Shown: piece by piece, positions 25,120 through 38,804 of the stretch | How positions within the stretch are numbered: the stretch's first letter is position 1 | How the letters are laid out: every line of letters starts with the position of its first letter | DNA from: Eledone cirrhosa | Taxonomy: Eukaryota | Direction: 5' to 3' | NCBI GenBank assembly: GCA_964016885.1 | Contig: OZ024750.1 | Location: 52,638,001-52,702,000, forward strand | Length of the DNA stretch: 64,000 bases | Notes under the pieces: generated by a model | Databases searched by the model: none | Told to the model about the DNA's origin: nothing | Seen by the model: the letters and a program-made list of their open reading frames with translations, nothing else | Translations under genes and position numbers: made by a program

Positions 25120-26104
25120 GTGAGTCACTGATATTCCCTCATATTGAACCCTTTTCTCACCATCTTTCAAGAAATGAATGAAGAATTTTGAGGGATTTTG
25201 TAAAGTTTTTAATTATATCACTTTTATAAAATTGTGTTGGAAGTTTTTAATTTATAAATATAAGAACCCTTTAAAATGGGTGGTTTTGTTTTGTAGAACC
25301 AGAGCTGGTTTTGGTTGGGTTGGTATGAAAAGGGTTAACCCATAACTTAACTATTGTTTACCATGTTGAAATCGCCTCTTAGTAATATGACATTATGTTG
25401 GCAATCTGTTATCCCTGTTACAATTTACTTTATCTTTGAGTAATATATGACATGAGAAGACCATTCAGTCATGTCACAGTATGGCACCCCGTACACGCTG
25501 TAAACTGGATGGTGATAGGAAGGGCATCCAGCCATAGAAAGCTTGCAAAACAAAGGATTGGGAGGACTCTCGGTTGTGTCAAGACAACCTCTCCTATGCA
25601 CTCAGTAGAATGTGAGATTGTACATAAGCAAGACATAGCTCCCTGGCCTGTGTGGGAGATCAGAAGCCCTACTTCAGTACTGACTTGGTCTATGGAGATC
25701 CATCCAACCCTTACAGGGAAAGTAGACGTTAAAACGACAATAATGATGATGCTGATATGTTAGTAAACTGTAAGGTAATTGTTAGAATATTGGATATTTG
25801 TTCTGGGTCTCTGTGTTCTGAGTTCAAACCCCACCAAAGTCCACATTCCTTTTCATCCTTTCATGGTCAATAAAGTAGTGGTGCAGCCCTCTTTCTTTTC
25901 AGCTGTCATATCAAGGATGCTGGATCAAAGGAAAGAGAATTGAGGTGTCTACATGGACACATAAAGCCCATAGCAAAAGTATGATTCATACTACCAAGTC
26001 ATACTTGATTATGAGTGACAGCTGTAGTGTAGTAGTTAGTAAGCTGTGATTATAATGTCATCCTTATTATATGTCATCTCATCTATATCTTATCTCTGTT
26101 CTAG

Positions 26105-26187
26105 CATCAACAACAGGAAATCCTCGACCTCTTGATAGACTTCGGGAAGCTCTATCATCAAGACAGTCTTTCCAGCGACACTACTTG
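26105..26187 (+). CDS. TRAPPC10: TRAPPC10 exon G
   Basis: ttctag|CA...TTG|gtaatt; STTGNPRPLDRLREALSSRQSFQRHYL (human KLKEALSSVEAFEKHYL); phases fit both neighbours. Confidence 0.92.
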
Positions 26188-26440
26188 GTAATTCAGTTTT
26201 ACTTACTTCAAATATTGTTAGGGGGAGATGGGAGGGGGCATCAATAGAATATATACCAGTTATTGTTGTAATTATGTAGCTCAAGATAATGGTCAATGTA
26301 GGTGTCTAAAGTCTGTCTCGAGCCCACAGCATCATCAGGCCAGTGCTTGGACAGGATGCCAGTCTACCAGAGAGTTTAACTCGCAGTTCTTCTGGTAATC
26401 AATGTAGATGTGTCAGATATGTTCCAATTATACAGTGTGA

Positions 26441-26472
<32 letters not shown>

Positions 26473-26473
<1 letters not shown>

Positions 26474-27001
26474 GGCAGACCCAGAAAAACCTGGGACGAC
26501 CTGATAAATTCCGACCTCACACACTTACACCTCTCCAAGACAATGTCACTGGACCGAGATCTTTGGCGGTACTCAGTAATAGAGAAGACCCGCCTTACCT
26601 GAAATACAAAGTAAAACCTACTACAGTCAGTAGGCATCTCTAACACCCCCCCCCCCCGTCCCACCACCCCCACCCCATCCACACCGCCCCTTTCAATGTA
26701 AAGTTATGTTGGTGCCACAACATCCAGGCCGAAACAAATGAGGTCGTGTAGGTGTCACAACAAAATAAAACAAAAAAACACACAGTCCACGCTGTAATGT
26801 GGCCGTGTAGGCAACACGGTAAAAACCTCCCAGCCCCACACTGTAAATGTGGTTGGTGTTAGGAAGGGCATCCAACTATAGAAAACCCGCCAGACAGTCC
26901 TATGTGAGCAAGACAACCACTCTTGCCTCAAGTGGGAAAACTCTCGTCCAAACCCATGCAAGCCTGGAACATGGACGTAAAATGATGATGATGATGATGA
27001 T
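26473..27001 (+). mobile_element. RTE subfamily B 3' end
   Basis: Near-identical to 22223-22746. Confidence 0.85.
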
Positions 27002-27430
27002 ATATATATATAGAGCATCTCTGCTTTTTCCTTTCATCCGACCTACTTTAATAAAATTCAGATCCAGACTACAGAATAGATTTTCTTTTTCAAAGCTGAT
27101 GGAGTTATATAACTACGATTAGTTGGTCTGGACATTCATAACTTTACTCTCTGAAACAATCATAAAACAATGGACTGATTACTTACTTAACCTTGCTTTT
27201 CTTATTCTTTCATCAAGCCAAAATACAGATCTGCATGATCAAGATGTGGTCCCCAGACCTGACTTATCTCATAATGTGACAACTGCCTAACCCATGCAAG
27301 CATGGAAAAATAGACATTAAATGAATAATATATCAGCTCTCTTCTCGATTGAGCACTTTTCTTTTTTTCCTATTTCACACCTACGGATATTTCTACATAT
27401 ACATATATATTTATATATAAATAAATATAT

Positions 27431-27476
<46 letters not shown>

Positions 27477-28277
27477 GTTGGAAGGACATTAAGCAGCCGT
27501 AAAAATCCATCCAAAACGTGGTCTGGTATGAGTAAGGCATGGCATAGCCAAGTGGCCAGACTTGGCGCATAAGTAGGACCACGTAGTTCCACACTGTAAA
27601 CATGGTTGATGTTAGGAAGGACATCCATCAGCCATAAAAACTGAGCCTAGAAACAGTCCCATATGAGCAAGGTATGGCCAACTGGGCAGACTTGCCGCAT
27701 AAGTGTGACCACCTAGTTCCACACAGAAAATGTGATTGACATCAAGCAGCTATAAAAATCCTCAGCCAAAACATAGCCCCTGCTATAAGCAAGGTTTGAC
27801 GTGGCCAACTGGCCTGACCTTCCTAATTACAGGTCCACCCAGTCCCACACTGTAAATGTGGTTGATGTTAGGAAGGGAATCCAGCTGTGGAAAAACCCAG
27901 TCAAAATATAGTTCTGTTTGAGCAAGGTCCAGCATGGCCAAACGGCCAGTCATGCCTCATGACGTGGACGACACATCTGACCCACGCAAGCATGGAAAAT
28001 AAGAGGTTATATATATACTCACAGACACATATATATATACACTCACAGACACTTATATATACACTCAGACACTTATATATATACACTCACAGACACACAC
28101 ATATATATATATATACACACTCACATACACAAACACACACACACACACAGACACATAACTAGTTTAATTCTCCAGCATATGCGTTAATTAAGATAATGAT
28201 GATTTACACATAAACTAAGCCTTTAAAAAAATACTAAAATAATTGTTTCTACATTTGGTACAAGGCCAGTAATTACC

Positions 28278-28655
28278 CACTGCCAGGGGTATGACCGCAA
28301 ACCTGTCGGAGAACAACCGATATTTGAGGAGTTTGGCCCCCTCAGCCCGACGTGCAGCAGAACCTGGGTCAGTCACAGACTGCACCAGGTTGCAGCTGCA
28401 GAGAGTGGCATCCCTGACGAGGAGTTTACCACCGCGGAACAGGAAGATGGTCATGCCATCTGGCCTTTTGCCGTCACCTCAATCCAGCCCCACCGACTCA
28501 AGCTGGGAAGGGAAGCCTGCAGCGTCCAAGCCACGCTTAATGACCTCGTTGAGGGCAGCATGGTGTGGAATGCGACCGGCACTGTGGAACCACAGCGACA
28601 TTGGTGTGGCTGGCAGATCCGGAGGCCGAGCCTCAGGGAAACGCCGATGCACACT
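28278..28655 (-). mobile_element. CRE-clade non-LTR retrotransposon, restriction-like endonuclease fragment
   Basis: [29 protein letters not shown]...AARRAEGAKLLKY signature. Confidence 0.7.
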
Positions 28656-29203
28656 AGTTTAATGGTTTGTAACTTTATGTCACTATTGGTTCATCAACTT
28701 GAGCAGTCGATACATAGGTAGGTCTGTTTTAGTATAGTATGTGCTGTTGTACATTTAGTGTTATGCTATGGTCGGTCTCCTTTGAAAGCAGAGTGTTAAT
28801 AATAATAAATGTTTCTACTTTTGGCACAAGGCCAACAATTATCCCAGTGCATTACTGGTACTTTATTTTATCGACCCCGTGTTAATGATAATTGTTCTTA
28901 CTTTTGGCACAAGGCCAGCAATTACCCAGTACATTACTGGTACTTTATTTTATCGACCCCGTAAGGATGAAAGGCAAAGTTAACCTTGGCGGGATTTGAA
29001 CTCAGATCATAAAGGGCCATAACTCTATGCTGCAAAGCATGGTGTCCCAACCCTCTACTGATACTGCCAATCCACCACTCAAGTGTTAATAATAATAATA
29101 ATTGTTTCTACTTTTGGCACAAGGCCAGCAATTACTCAGTGTATTACTGGTACTTTATTTTATCGGCCCCGTAAGTGAAAGGCAAGGTTAACCTTGACAG
29201 GTT

Positions 29204-30150
29204 ATAATGAGTAGGAACGAGGTGTCAAAGTGTCATCATTAAGTTTATTCAGGCGTAACGTGTGATTGATCAGCCAAATCATGTCCCCAGAATTTTCTTC
29301 AGGGCTTTGGACAAATCCTTTCCACCTACACACAGATGTCACAAATTATTTAACAGACACACAGTAAAATTTGCTTTCTCAACTGCACCTAACCTAGTTG
29401 AGCACAGCGTACACAAATAGGGCCAAATTGAAAACATATAATAAAACATAAGAACCATCCCACAACTCTGCACATTATCACACTTCACAAACTACAGCCA
29501 ACTCCAACAGACCAACACCAATCAACACAGGCCCGACCACTAACAACAAACAAGGACACAGTTAAATATATGATGTAATTGCATATATAGAGCTGAGTGC
29601 CCACTGGAAAATGAGTGCCTCTTTAGGAACATTGTATACCAGCGTGATGTGCCGAATACCAAAAAATACATGGAGCAACCTGATCAATGTTTAAGGAATG
29701 GCTATACAACCATAGAAGCTCCTTCAATAACAGAAACAAACACTCCCACACACGAATGGCCGACATAATTCTGGAGCCTCAAAGATGATGTATCAGATCA
29801 AGTGGTCTATACTTGGGTGTGTAGCTCCCCGTTCTGTCAGAAAAAGGCACTGCAGCTTGTGTCTGGCCGAATCAGCGGAGATCATTAAATTGAAATCCAA
29901 GATAATTGTAAACTGCAGGCACTGAAAGAGACATATTTTCAGCTTTGACATTCAACACAGACTACAACTAACTTCACAATCATAGATTTATGACATATAT
30001 TTCTTCGTGCACAATCACCACACCCAAACTCTTGTATACAGTAGGACAATCTATACCCTACCAAACAAAAAATAGCCCCCTCGACAGAAATGTGTGTCAC
30101 ACCTAAATAAACTTAATGATGATACTTGACACCCTGTTCCTATTCATTAT
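29204..30150 (+). mobile_element. Penelope-like element 3' fragment (GIY-YIG endonuclease) with inverted terminal repeat
   Basis: LDKSFPPTH..HKLFNRHTVK; CNC....CPLENECL..NIVY; YNHRSSF; IKWSIL; CSLCLAE; CRH; about 55-bp inverted ends. Confidence 0.8.
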
Positions 30151-30204
30151 TATTATTATTATAATATATATAATATCAAATTATACATATTTTTTTCTAT
30201 TTAG

Positions 30205-30296
30205 GATCTCTCTGAACTGGCGATGGGAACCTACAAACACATAGGTAGAATGAGGTCTGCCAGGATCATAGGACAGGATGTTGCTGAATTCTACAT
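30205..30296 (+). CDS. TRAPPC10: TRAPPC10 exon H
   Basis: tttag|GAT...TACAT|gtgaga; DLSELAMGTYKHIGRMRSARIIGQDVAEFYM. Confidence 0.95.
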
Positions 30297-30974
30297 GTGA
30301 GAATGTTTTCTTAAACTATTTCATTTCACAAGTTGTTGTTGCTTTTATTATTAATATTTTTTAATAACTTACTCAAAAGAAGGGTAGCACCTGAGACCCT
30401 TTTCAAGGACTCAATGGAAGGAAGGAAGTTATCCTTAAACTGGAAATCTAACCCAAATGTTAGGAACACAGTAGCCTCTTTGAAAGGTACTTAAGGGCCA
30501 TATGGTGGTATTAAACTGATTAAATTTACTACCCAGCAACAGGATCAATGGACCTTGACAGTTCCATCTTCCAAATTCCATGCCAGTGCTATGATAAATA
30601 CACTCAGTACACTCTGTAAAGTGGTAGTGCTAGTACCATGGTAAAATGCACTCAACCTACTCTGTAAAGTGGTAGAGCTGGTGTCACAATGAAACGCACA
30701 CTGTAAAATGGTTAGCGTTAAGAAGGATATTGAACGACAGAAACGTATAGCCAGGATGTGGTCATCTGACCAATCTAATCTCAGAATGGGACCAAATTAT
30801 TTGACCCATGCCACAATGGTGAAAAGATTTAAAACAGTGATGATGATTATCATTTCAGGTGACTCAAGGGTATAGTAGAATGTATTTGTCCAAAGTGCCA
30901 TAAGGTGGGATTAAACTTGTTTAGCCTCATGTCAGTTCTGTATTTATTCAGACATATGTATCTAAGACTACATT

Positions 30975-31170
30975 ATCCAATGTGTCCTTCCTGTCAAGGG
31001 TAGCATCCAGGATGTGAGAAGAAGCAAAAGAGTCACTAACTGTGTTGTCCCAGACAAGGCATCTGCCTCTTGACCAGGAGCACAGAGTAAGACCGTCAAG
31101 TCTTTTACCATCAATTCTGGACAACCCAGATGCTTCCAAAATTGAGGGGATGTTTGCCTGGGCCAAAGCT
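30975..31170 (-). mobile_element. CRE-clade endonuclease fragment
   Basis: IPSILEASGLSRIDGKRLDGLTLCSWSRGRCLVWDNTVSDSFA. Confidence 0.65.
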
Positions 31171-31565
31171 CTTCAGTGGTAATAGGACAGTGTATGTATG
31201 TGTGCACGCGTGAGTTTGTCGGCATTCTTAAATTAGAGACGTGTGTGTGTGTGTATGTGTTATATATATATATATATATATGTCTGTGTGCATGTGTTAC
31301 CTCTTTTATGATGTTGGCATGGACAGGCCAGTAGTTCTGCTGCAGTGTTTTACATCTGTTTGTCTATGCTGCATAACCAGGGCTGGTGTTCTGAGGCAAT
31401 GTTTTGTGACCAGACACCTTCCTTTCACCAACCTTGTGGTGGTGAGGAGGAGGAGGTGGTGGTGGTGGTGAGGATGATGATGATGGTGGTCTTGATGATG
31501 GTGGTGGTGGTGGTGATATTCCTTTATTTCACCCTGTTTACCTTTTATGTCATATTTTTTTGTAG

Positions 31566-31706
31566 GAAACAAGAAAATCCACAGAAAGCAGAAGGATTTC
31601 TGTTGGATGCCATAAAAATGTACAAACAGGAAGGCTGGGACATTCTTGGAGATGGAATCACAGTACATTTGGCTGAATGTCAGAAGAAACTCAATAATTC
31701 TCTCAA
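31566..31706 (+). CDS. TRAPPC10: TRAPPC10 exon I (followed by a U12-type donor)
   Basis: tgtag|G...CTCAA|gtatcctttt; KQENPQKAEGFLLDAIKMYKQEGWDIL...HLAECQKKL. Confidence 0.93.
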
Positions 31707-32488
31707 GTATCCTTTTGTCATGTTTGACTTTTGTTGTTAGGAAGGGACATGCCCATGCCTTTTGACACTGATCAGATTGATGTGGTTAATGTTCAGATTA
31801 AACAGATAAACATTAATATTGAGTGGTAAGGGAATTTCAGAGGGTGACATTCTGGGAAGGAAGGATTGGACATAGTGGTTAGTGGAGGGGGTATAATGGG
31901 GGACACAACAAAAGGAAAGGCATGTGCATCAAGTAATTTTATCAAACCATGTTGTGCAAGGCCAGCTGTCATCCACCCATGCCATAGATGTTGTCCAGAG
32001 GAAAGATAAAGGACAATAGAGTTTTGCACCAGTGTTGTCATAACTCATTGTTTACAGATGAGTGGACTGGAGCAGTGTGAAATAAAGTGTCTTGATCAAG
32101 AACACAATGCTTTGCCAGGAATCAAACTCATGACCTTACAATTGTGAGGTGAATACCCTAACCCTAACTACTTAACAATGCTCCTTCTCTTCCCTGACTA
32201 AATAGTAACAAAAAAATTGTAACAAGGTGGTGCTATTAAGTTATACATGGCCTGGGCCAATACTGGCCAAAACCTATCAAAGTTATACACAAGAAATCAG
32301 GAACATTCTACAAGGAGTCACAGCATATGAAGAATTTGATTGACAAAGTCCAGTTCAGGAATCAAATTCCCAATCTTACAATCATGAGCCAAGCATACTA
32401 ACCACTAAGCCATGTTCCTTCATACCTACTGATTAATTAATAATGATTGTATTAAACAGTTATTTTTCTTCCTGACCAATATCGTTAG
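31707..32488 (+). other. U12-type (minor spliceosome) GT-AG intron of TRAPPC10
   Basis: 5' splice site GTATCCTTTT matches the U12 consensus; branch-like TTCCTGAC at 32469-32476, branch A 13 nt upstream of the 3' end, with no pyrimidine tract between it and the AG. Confidence 0.85.
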
Positions 32489-32592
32489 ATATGCCAAGAC
32501 TGCTTGCTTCATTGTGTGTAGTAAGAACCTCTCACATTCCAAACGTTGTTACTACCTGGATGAATTGATCCAACTTAGTTTAAATAATGATG
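32489..32592 (+). CDS. TRAPPC10: TRAPPC10 exon J
   Basis: gttag|A...GATG|gtaagt; YAKTACFIVCSKNLSHSKRCYYLDELIQLSLNND; phases fit. Confidence 0.88.
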
Positions 32593-33585
32593 GTAAGTTT
32601 TATAAATCTCCTCTTTTCATGTTCTTTATATTTAACCCTTTTGTCAACCTCTAACAACATTACCTGTGTGTGTTAATTAATTTGGTAAATAATCAAGAAT
32701 TTAATAAAATAACCAATTCTTTTCATTAGTAAGCTGATGATATAACATTAACAAACATTTCTTAAATACAATTATGGTGAATAGTTTTAATATATGTATG
32801 AACATTTAAAAATAGTTTTGTATCATAAAACCAGGGGTGGTTTTAGGCAGTTTGGTATCTAATACTATATTCTGTGGTTCAGGTTTCCATAATTCCAAGA
32901 AGGAAGGTCAAGACTATAATTTCTCCGTCTCCTACACACAGCATTATCCTAGTTTAACCCTTTCATTACCCGATTTCTAATGAAATCCACTGCCTATGAG
33001 TTTGAAAATAATCAAAAATTTAAAGGGATTTAGTAATATATAATAACTCCCATGAATAACTTAACAAAGGTTCATTCTTAAAATTATGATAGAATGTTTT
33101 TAGATAAATATAAACTGATGCAACAGAAAAAGCACCTAGCCTACCATTTAAAGCGGTAGTGCAGATGCCACAACAAAAAAGCACCCAGTCCATGCTGTAA
33201 GGTGATGGTAGTGTTGGTGCCCTGATAAAATGCTCCCAATACTCGCTGGAAAGTCATTAGTGTTAGGAAGGGCATCCAGACAGAGAAACCAAGCCAAAAA
33301 TGGAAGATATGAGTAAGATGCTGACATCTGACATGTCAAGCCTCAGTATATAACAATCCATCAAATCCATGCAAGCTTGGAAAATAGACATTAAATGGTG
33401 ATGATGATGATGGTAAACATTTTAAATTAAACAGCTTACTATTGTAGAACAAGGTATATTTTCAGGCAGTTGGGTATCAAAATGTTTAACAATATTCCCC
33501 TGTCTTAGAACTATTCCAAATCCTCTAACTATATGTTACTACCCTAACATTTCATATATTGTCTTCTGGTTTTTCTTCTTTCAAG

Positions 33586-34073
33586 GTAACCCACTCTATA
33601 TTCGGACCAACCCAGCATTTTCAGTGGACAACATTGTCCTAAATACTCCAGTGGCCACATTCCAGGATGAGATGAGTATAGAACTGGAGATTGTTAGTAA
33701 CTTGCCAAGAGAAGTGTCCATCAACCAGATATCCCTTGGTTTTTCACACGAGGCCAGTGAAGGCAGCAGCCAGAAGCGTTTTCTGTCCAGACAGCCCAGC
33801 TTATATGAACCTGTAGATGAACCTGCATTGAGTTTTCAACCTCAGTTGCCTTCCAAAATCTGTGTGACATCAGCCACTGATGTTAAACAAGACAAGCTGC
33901 AGTCAAGCAGCATTATATGTACTAATATTAATGAGTTATTGAAACGAACTGATAGTAACCTGGGTCCTATGACTGACACCATTCACAAATTGAACTATAA
34001 ACTCAGTTTAACTGCCAAAGATGTGATAATAAAACCAGGTGTTAATCTGGTCATAGTTAAGAGCAATGTTGAT
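33586..34073 (+). CDS. TRAPPC10: TRAPPC10 exon K
   Basis: ttcaag|GT...GAT|gtaagt; 488-nt open exon with IICTNINELLKRTDS (human IICRNVHMLLRRQES) and IKPGVN. Confidence 0.9.
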
Positions 34074-34374
34074 GTAAGTTTTCAGGCTTTATTGATTTAT
34101 ATATTAATACTTTTAGAGATAAAGCTGCATGGCTGCACACATTCTAGTTTTTTTGTCTAAGTCTAAACTCAGGGGACCAAATAAAAGGTCCAAAAGACTT
34201 TTTAGTCGTATTAAAAACATGATCACCTCTCTTGTGCTGGTACCATGATGAAATGCACCCAGTACACTCTGTAAAGTGCAGGAATGTTTGTAAGTGATAC
34301 ACAGACCCCAGCTCATTTAAGAGGTCAGTGCTCTACCAAGTACTAACTTGGTTTGTAATAGCCCATTGAATTGT

Positions 34375-35042
34375 TGTTAGCTGGGAAATTGGTCATTAAC
34401 GATTGTGACAGACTATCAAACCCTTGTTAGCTGGGAAATTAGTCATTAACGATTGTGACAGCCTATCAAACCCTTGTTAGCTGGGAAATTGGTCATTAAC
34501 GATTGTGACAAACTATCAAACCATTGTTAGCTGGGAAATTGGTCATTAACGATTGTGACAGACTATCAAACCATTGTTAGCTGGGAAATTAGTCATTAAC
34601 GATTGTGACAGCCTATCAAACCCTTGTTAGCTGGGAAATTGGTCATTAACGATTGTGACAAACTATCAAACCATTGTTAGCTGGGAAATTGGTCATTAAC
34701 GATTGTGACAGACTATCAAACCATTGTTAGCTGGGAAATTAGTCATTAACGATTGTGACAGCCTATCAAACCCTTGTTAGCTGGGAAATTGGTCATTAAC
34801 GATTGTGACAAACTATCAAACCATTGTTAGCTGGGAAATTAGTCATTAACGATTGTGACAGCCTATCAAACCATTGTTAGCTGGGAAATTGGTCATTAAC
34901 GATTGTGACAGCCTATCAAACCATTGTTAGCTGGGAAATTGGTCATTAACGATTGTGACAGCCTATCAAACCCTTGTTAGCTGGGAAATTGGTCATTAAC
35001 GATTGTGACAGCCTATCAAACCATTGTTAGCTGGGAAATTTA
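34375..35042. repeat. 60-bp tandem array, about 11 copies
   Basis: Unit TTGTTAGCTGGGAAATTGGTCATTAACGATTGTGACAGCCTATCAAACCA-like, repeating at 60-nt spacing. Confidence 0.9.
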
Positions 35043-35159
35043 ACATTAAATGTTGATGATAATGATGATGGATCCTGAAGGTCGACAAAAAGATTATATT
35101 ATTAATAAACAAACAGCTACAATGGCATTCACCCCTGGTCAAGGATGACTTGGTAGCAT

Positions 35160-36355
35160 ATACCATGTAGTAAAAGACAGACACAGATACTCTCACCATG
35201 TAGTAACAGACACAGATACTCTCACCATGTAGCAACAGACAGATACTCTCTCCATGTAGTAACAGACACAGATACTCTCACCATGTAGCAACAGACAGAT
35301 ACTCTCTCCATGTAGTAACAGACACAGTTACTCTCTCCATGTAGTAACAGACACAGTTACTCTCTCCATGTAGCAACAGACACAGTTACTCTCTCCATGT
35401 AGTAACAGACACAGTTACTCTGTCCATGTAGCAACAGACACAGATACTCTCACTATGTAGCAATAGACGCGGATACTCTCTCCATGAAGTAACAGACACA
35501 GATACTCTCTCCATGTAGCAACAGACACAGATACTCTCACCATGTAGTAACAGACATACTCTCTCCATGTAGTAACACACAGATACTCTCTCCATGTAGC
35601 AAAAGACACAGATACTCTCACCATGTAGTAACAGACAGGTACTCTCTCCATGTAGCAACAGACACACAGATACTCTCTCCATGTAGTAACAGACACACAG
35701 ATACTCTCTCCATGTAGCAACAGACACACAGATACTCTCACCATGTAGTAACAGACACACAGATACTCTCTCCATGTAGTAACACACAGATACTCTCTCC
35801 ATGTAGCAAAAGACACAGATACTCTCACCATGTAGTAACAGACAGATACTCTCTCCATGTAGCAACAGACACACAGATACTCTCTCCATGTAGTAACAGA
35901 CACACAGATACTCTCTCCATGTAGCAACAGACAGATACTCTCTCCATGTAGCAAAAGACACAGATACTCTCACCATGTAGTAACAGACAGATACTCTCTC
36001 CATGTAGCAACAGACACACAGATACTCTCTCCATGTAGTAACAGACACACAGATACTCTCTCCATGTAGGAACACACAGATACTCTCTCCATGTAGCAAA
36101 AGACACAGATACTCTCACCATGTAGTAACAGACAGATACTCTCTCCATGTAGCAACAGACACACAGATACTCTCTCCATGTAGCAACAGACACACAGATA
36201 CTCTCTCCATGTAGCAAAAGACACAGATACTCTCTCCATGTAGTAACAGACAGATACTCTCTCCATGTAGTAACAGACAGATACTCTCTCCATGTAGTAA
36301 CAGACAGATACTCTCTCCATGTAGTAACAGACAGATACTCTCTCCATGTAGCAGA
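35160..36355. repeat. Minisatellite, about 32-36-bp unit CCATGTAGTAACAGACACAGATACTCTCT
   Basis: Direct inspection. Confidence 0.93.
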
Positions 36356-36809
36356 ATATGATGTGACAATTAGGAGAGAGCTGAACCAGCATTTGACTGC
36401 TACTTTTTTTATCAACCCTGAAAGGATAAAAGGGAAATGAACCTGAATGGGATTTAAACTGGGGATGTAAAGGTGAAGAGCTGGTACAAATATCACAACA
36501 CGTTCTGTTTGACACTTGAGCCTGGTAATCAACCGCCTTAAACAAGAAAAACTCCATAAAATTATTAATGATTTGTATCATAATTTACTGAGGTCAACTT
36601 TGCCTTTCATCCATTTAAGGTCAATAAAAAAGTACCAGTCTTGTACTGTGGTCGATTTTCCTCTATATCTCTTTTTCACTTCCATTCTCTCCTGCTGTTC
36701 CCTTCTCTGGAAGAACTTTGCTGTAATCAGACCTGGAGAGAGGCTCTGCCAGGTTTAGAAATGCTGTATGTTTCTACATGCTGTATGACTCCCTCAACAG
36801 TTACCCATA

Positions 36810-37235
36810 CATACATACATACATACATGGTGGCTGCCAACTCGTTTTCGAGTACGGCCACTACTTTATATCCATGTAGGAGAACCCCTACCGATGCGCT
36901 AAACAAGTGTGACTTTTAGTCCAGCCAGCGACTTGAAAACTCTGGTACAAACACTACACTTGTGACAATTATTGACACATAGTGCTGAGCCCATGGTACC
37001 ATGTGACGACAAGTGCAGAGAGATCTCCAGATATAAAGCAATGCCTGTGCCGTGAAGCTTTTATAGTGAGCAAAGGCACTGCACAAAGCCAGTTCCACTC
37101 TCTTAACCCAAGATGATATTTACCAAAAAGAAGAACAAGTCAACATCATTGGATACCATCAGGGTTGCAGGTGTTATATCAGAGTTTTCCTTCTCCTAGA
37201 ATTGACAAAGGCTAAGAGGTCATCTCTCCCGATCA
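36810..37235 (-). mobile_element. Short non-autonomous RTE-derived element with (TATG)n tail
   Basis: TCTAGGAGAAGGAAAACTCT RTE 5' UTR-type motif on the - strand; microsatellite tail. Confidence 0.45.
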
Positions 37236-38112
37236 TACATACACACACACACATACATACATACATACATACATACATGCATACATCAATCAATCAATCA
37301 ATCAATCAATCATAATTTAGACATTTAAATTAGATTTTGAATTAATTATTTTTCAATTGACTTTAACCCTTTTATTACCATATTTCTAATGGCAGTATTT
37401 TAATAAATTAATGAAGAATTTGGAGGGATTTATTGAAATTATTTCAATGTTGTTATTTGTAACATAACTTTATAAAATATTAAGTTATGCTGGAAGATTT
37501 TAATTTAAATAGGAATCCTTCAAAATTAGTGGTTTTGAGCAGGTTGAGGTCAAAAGGGTTAAATAAGTCTTTTTCTTCTTCACCCAGTTATTCCTGGGAG
37601 GGTTGTGGGGGCAGAGTCCTAAAACATACCTTCCGCCTGGTTCTGTCTGAAGCAACCATCTTGATCCAGCTAGATCTCCAAGCAAGACCATCCAAGCTCA
37701 TGGCTGTTAGCTGTGGTGGTCATTACAAGATGACCATGCAATAACAATGGTTTCTGATTTAGGCACAAGGCCAACAATTTTGGGGGTGGGGAAAGTCCAT
37801 TAAATCAAGCCCAATGCATTACTGGTACTTTATTTTATCAACTATGTAAGGATGCAAGGCAAAGCTAACCTCTGCGGGATTTGAACTCAGAATGTAAAGG
37901 GTTGTAACTCTATGCCACAAAGCTTATTGTTTGACGCTCTACCGATACTGCCAATTCTCTGCCCTAATAATAATAATAATAATTTCTTTTATTTGTCACA
38001 AGTGCTAATAATGGTAATGGAACCGAAATTGTTTTTTGGGGGTCGTCAGTTGTTTAATGTTTCTAAAAAGAAATTTTTTCCTATTTTTAACGAAGATATC
38101 CAATATTTTCAG

Positions 38113-38260
38113 AACTGTAAACGAGGACTATACAAACTGGGTCAACTTTGTATTGAAATGGCTCATTTGGAATTTATTCGTCACAATATGGCTAATAATA
38201 TTTTTGTGGAAATAGTCTGCCAACAGCCTTACTTTGAAGTAAAGCCAAGTGCTAAAACTG
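38113..38260 (+). CDS. TRAPPC10: TRAPPC10 exon L
   Basis: ttttcag|AAC...ACTG|gtaagt; GLYKLGQLCIEMAHLEFI (human GTYTLRQLCASVGSVWFV). Confidence 0.9.
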
Positions 38261-38804
38261 GTAAGTTAAAGTCTTCAGATTTTTGTGATTGTAATTCATA
38301 GTAAATCATATCTTCCTAATTCATTGATACAGGAGATATGGTATTACTGGTTCCATATTGGACTGTGAAAGTGTTGGTTCCGTAATAAAATTCACCCAGC
38401 CCACACTGGAGTGTGATAGTGCTGGTGCCATGAAAAAAACATCCAGTCCATCCTATCACCTAGTAGTGGTGGACCATGAGAACAGGCACCCAATATATTC
38501 CGTGAAGTGGTTGGTGTTTGGAAGAGCATCCAGCCATAGAAACTATATTAAAATGGAACATATAAGCAAAACACAGTCATCTAACTTGCCTGTCTCTCCT
38601 TAGAGAATGATGTCCCATCTAACACATGCAAATGTGGAAAATAGATATAAAATGGTGATAATGACAGAAGTAACAAATAAAACTGGTGATTTGGCTCATT
38701 TTTCTCTGTTGGTGTACCAGATAACATGGGGAATGGCAAGACACTGAGCAATCCCTCTAGCCCAGCTTGGGAAACACAAGAATGACAACAATGATGAAAG
38801 AATA

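Noticed and set aside
34375-36355. Regular 30-60-bp repeats as a possible CRISPR array
   Set aside because: No unique spacers, eukaryotic intron context, and no cas genes
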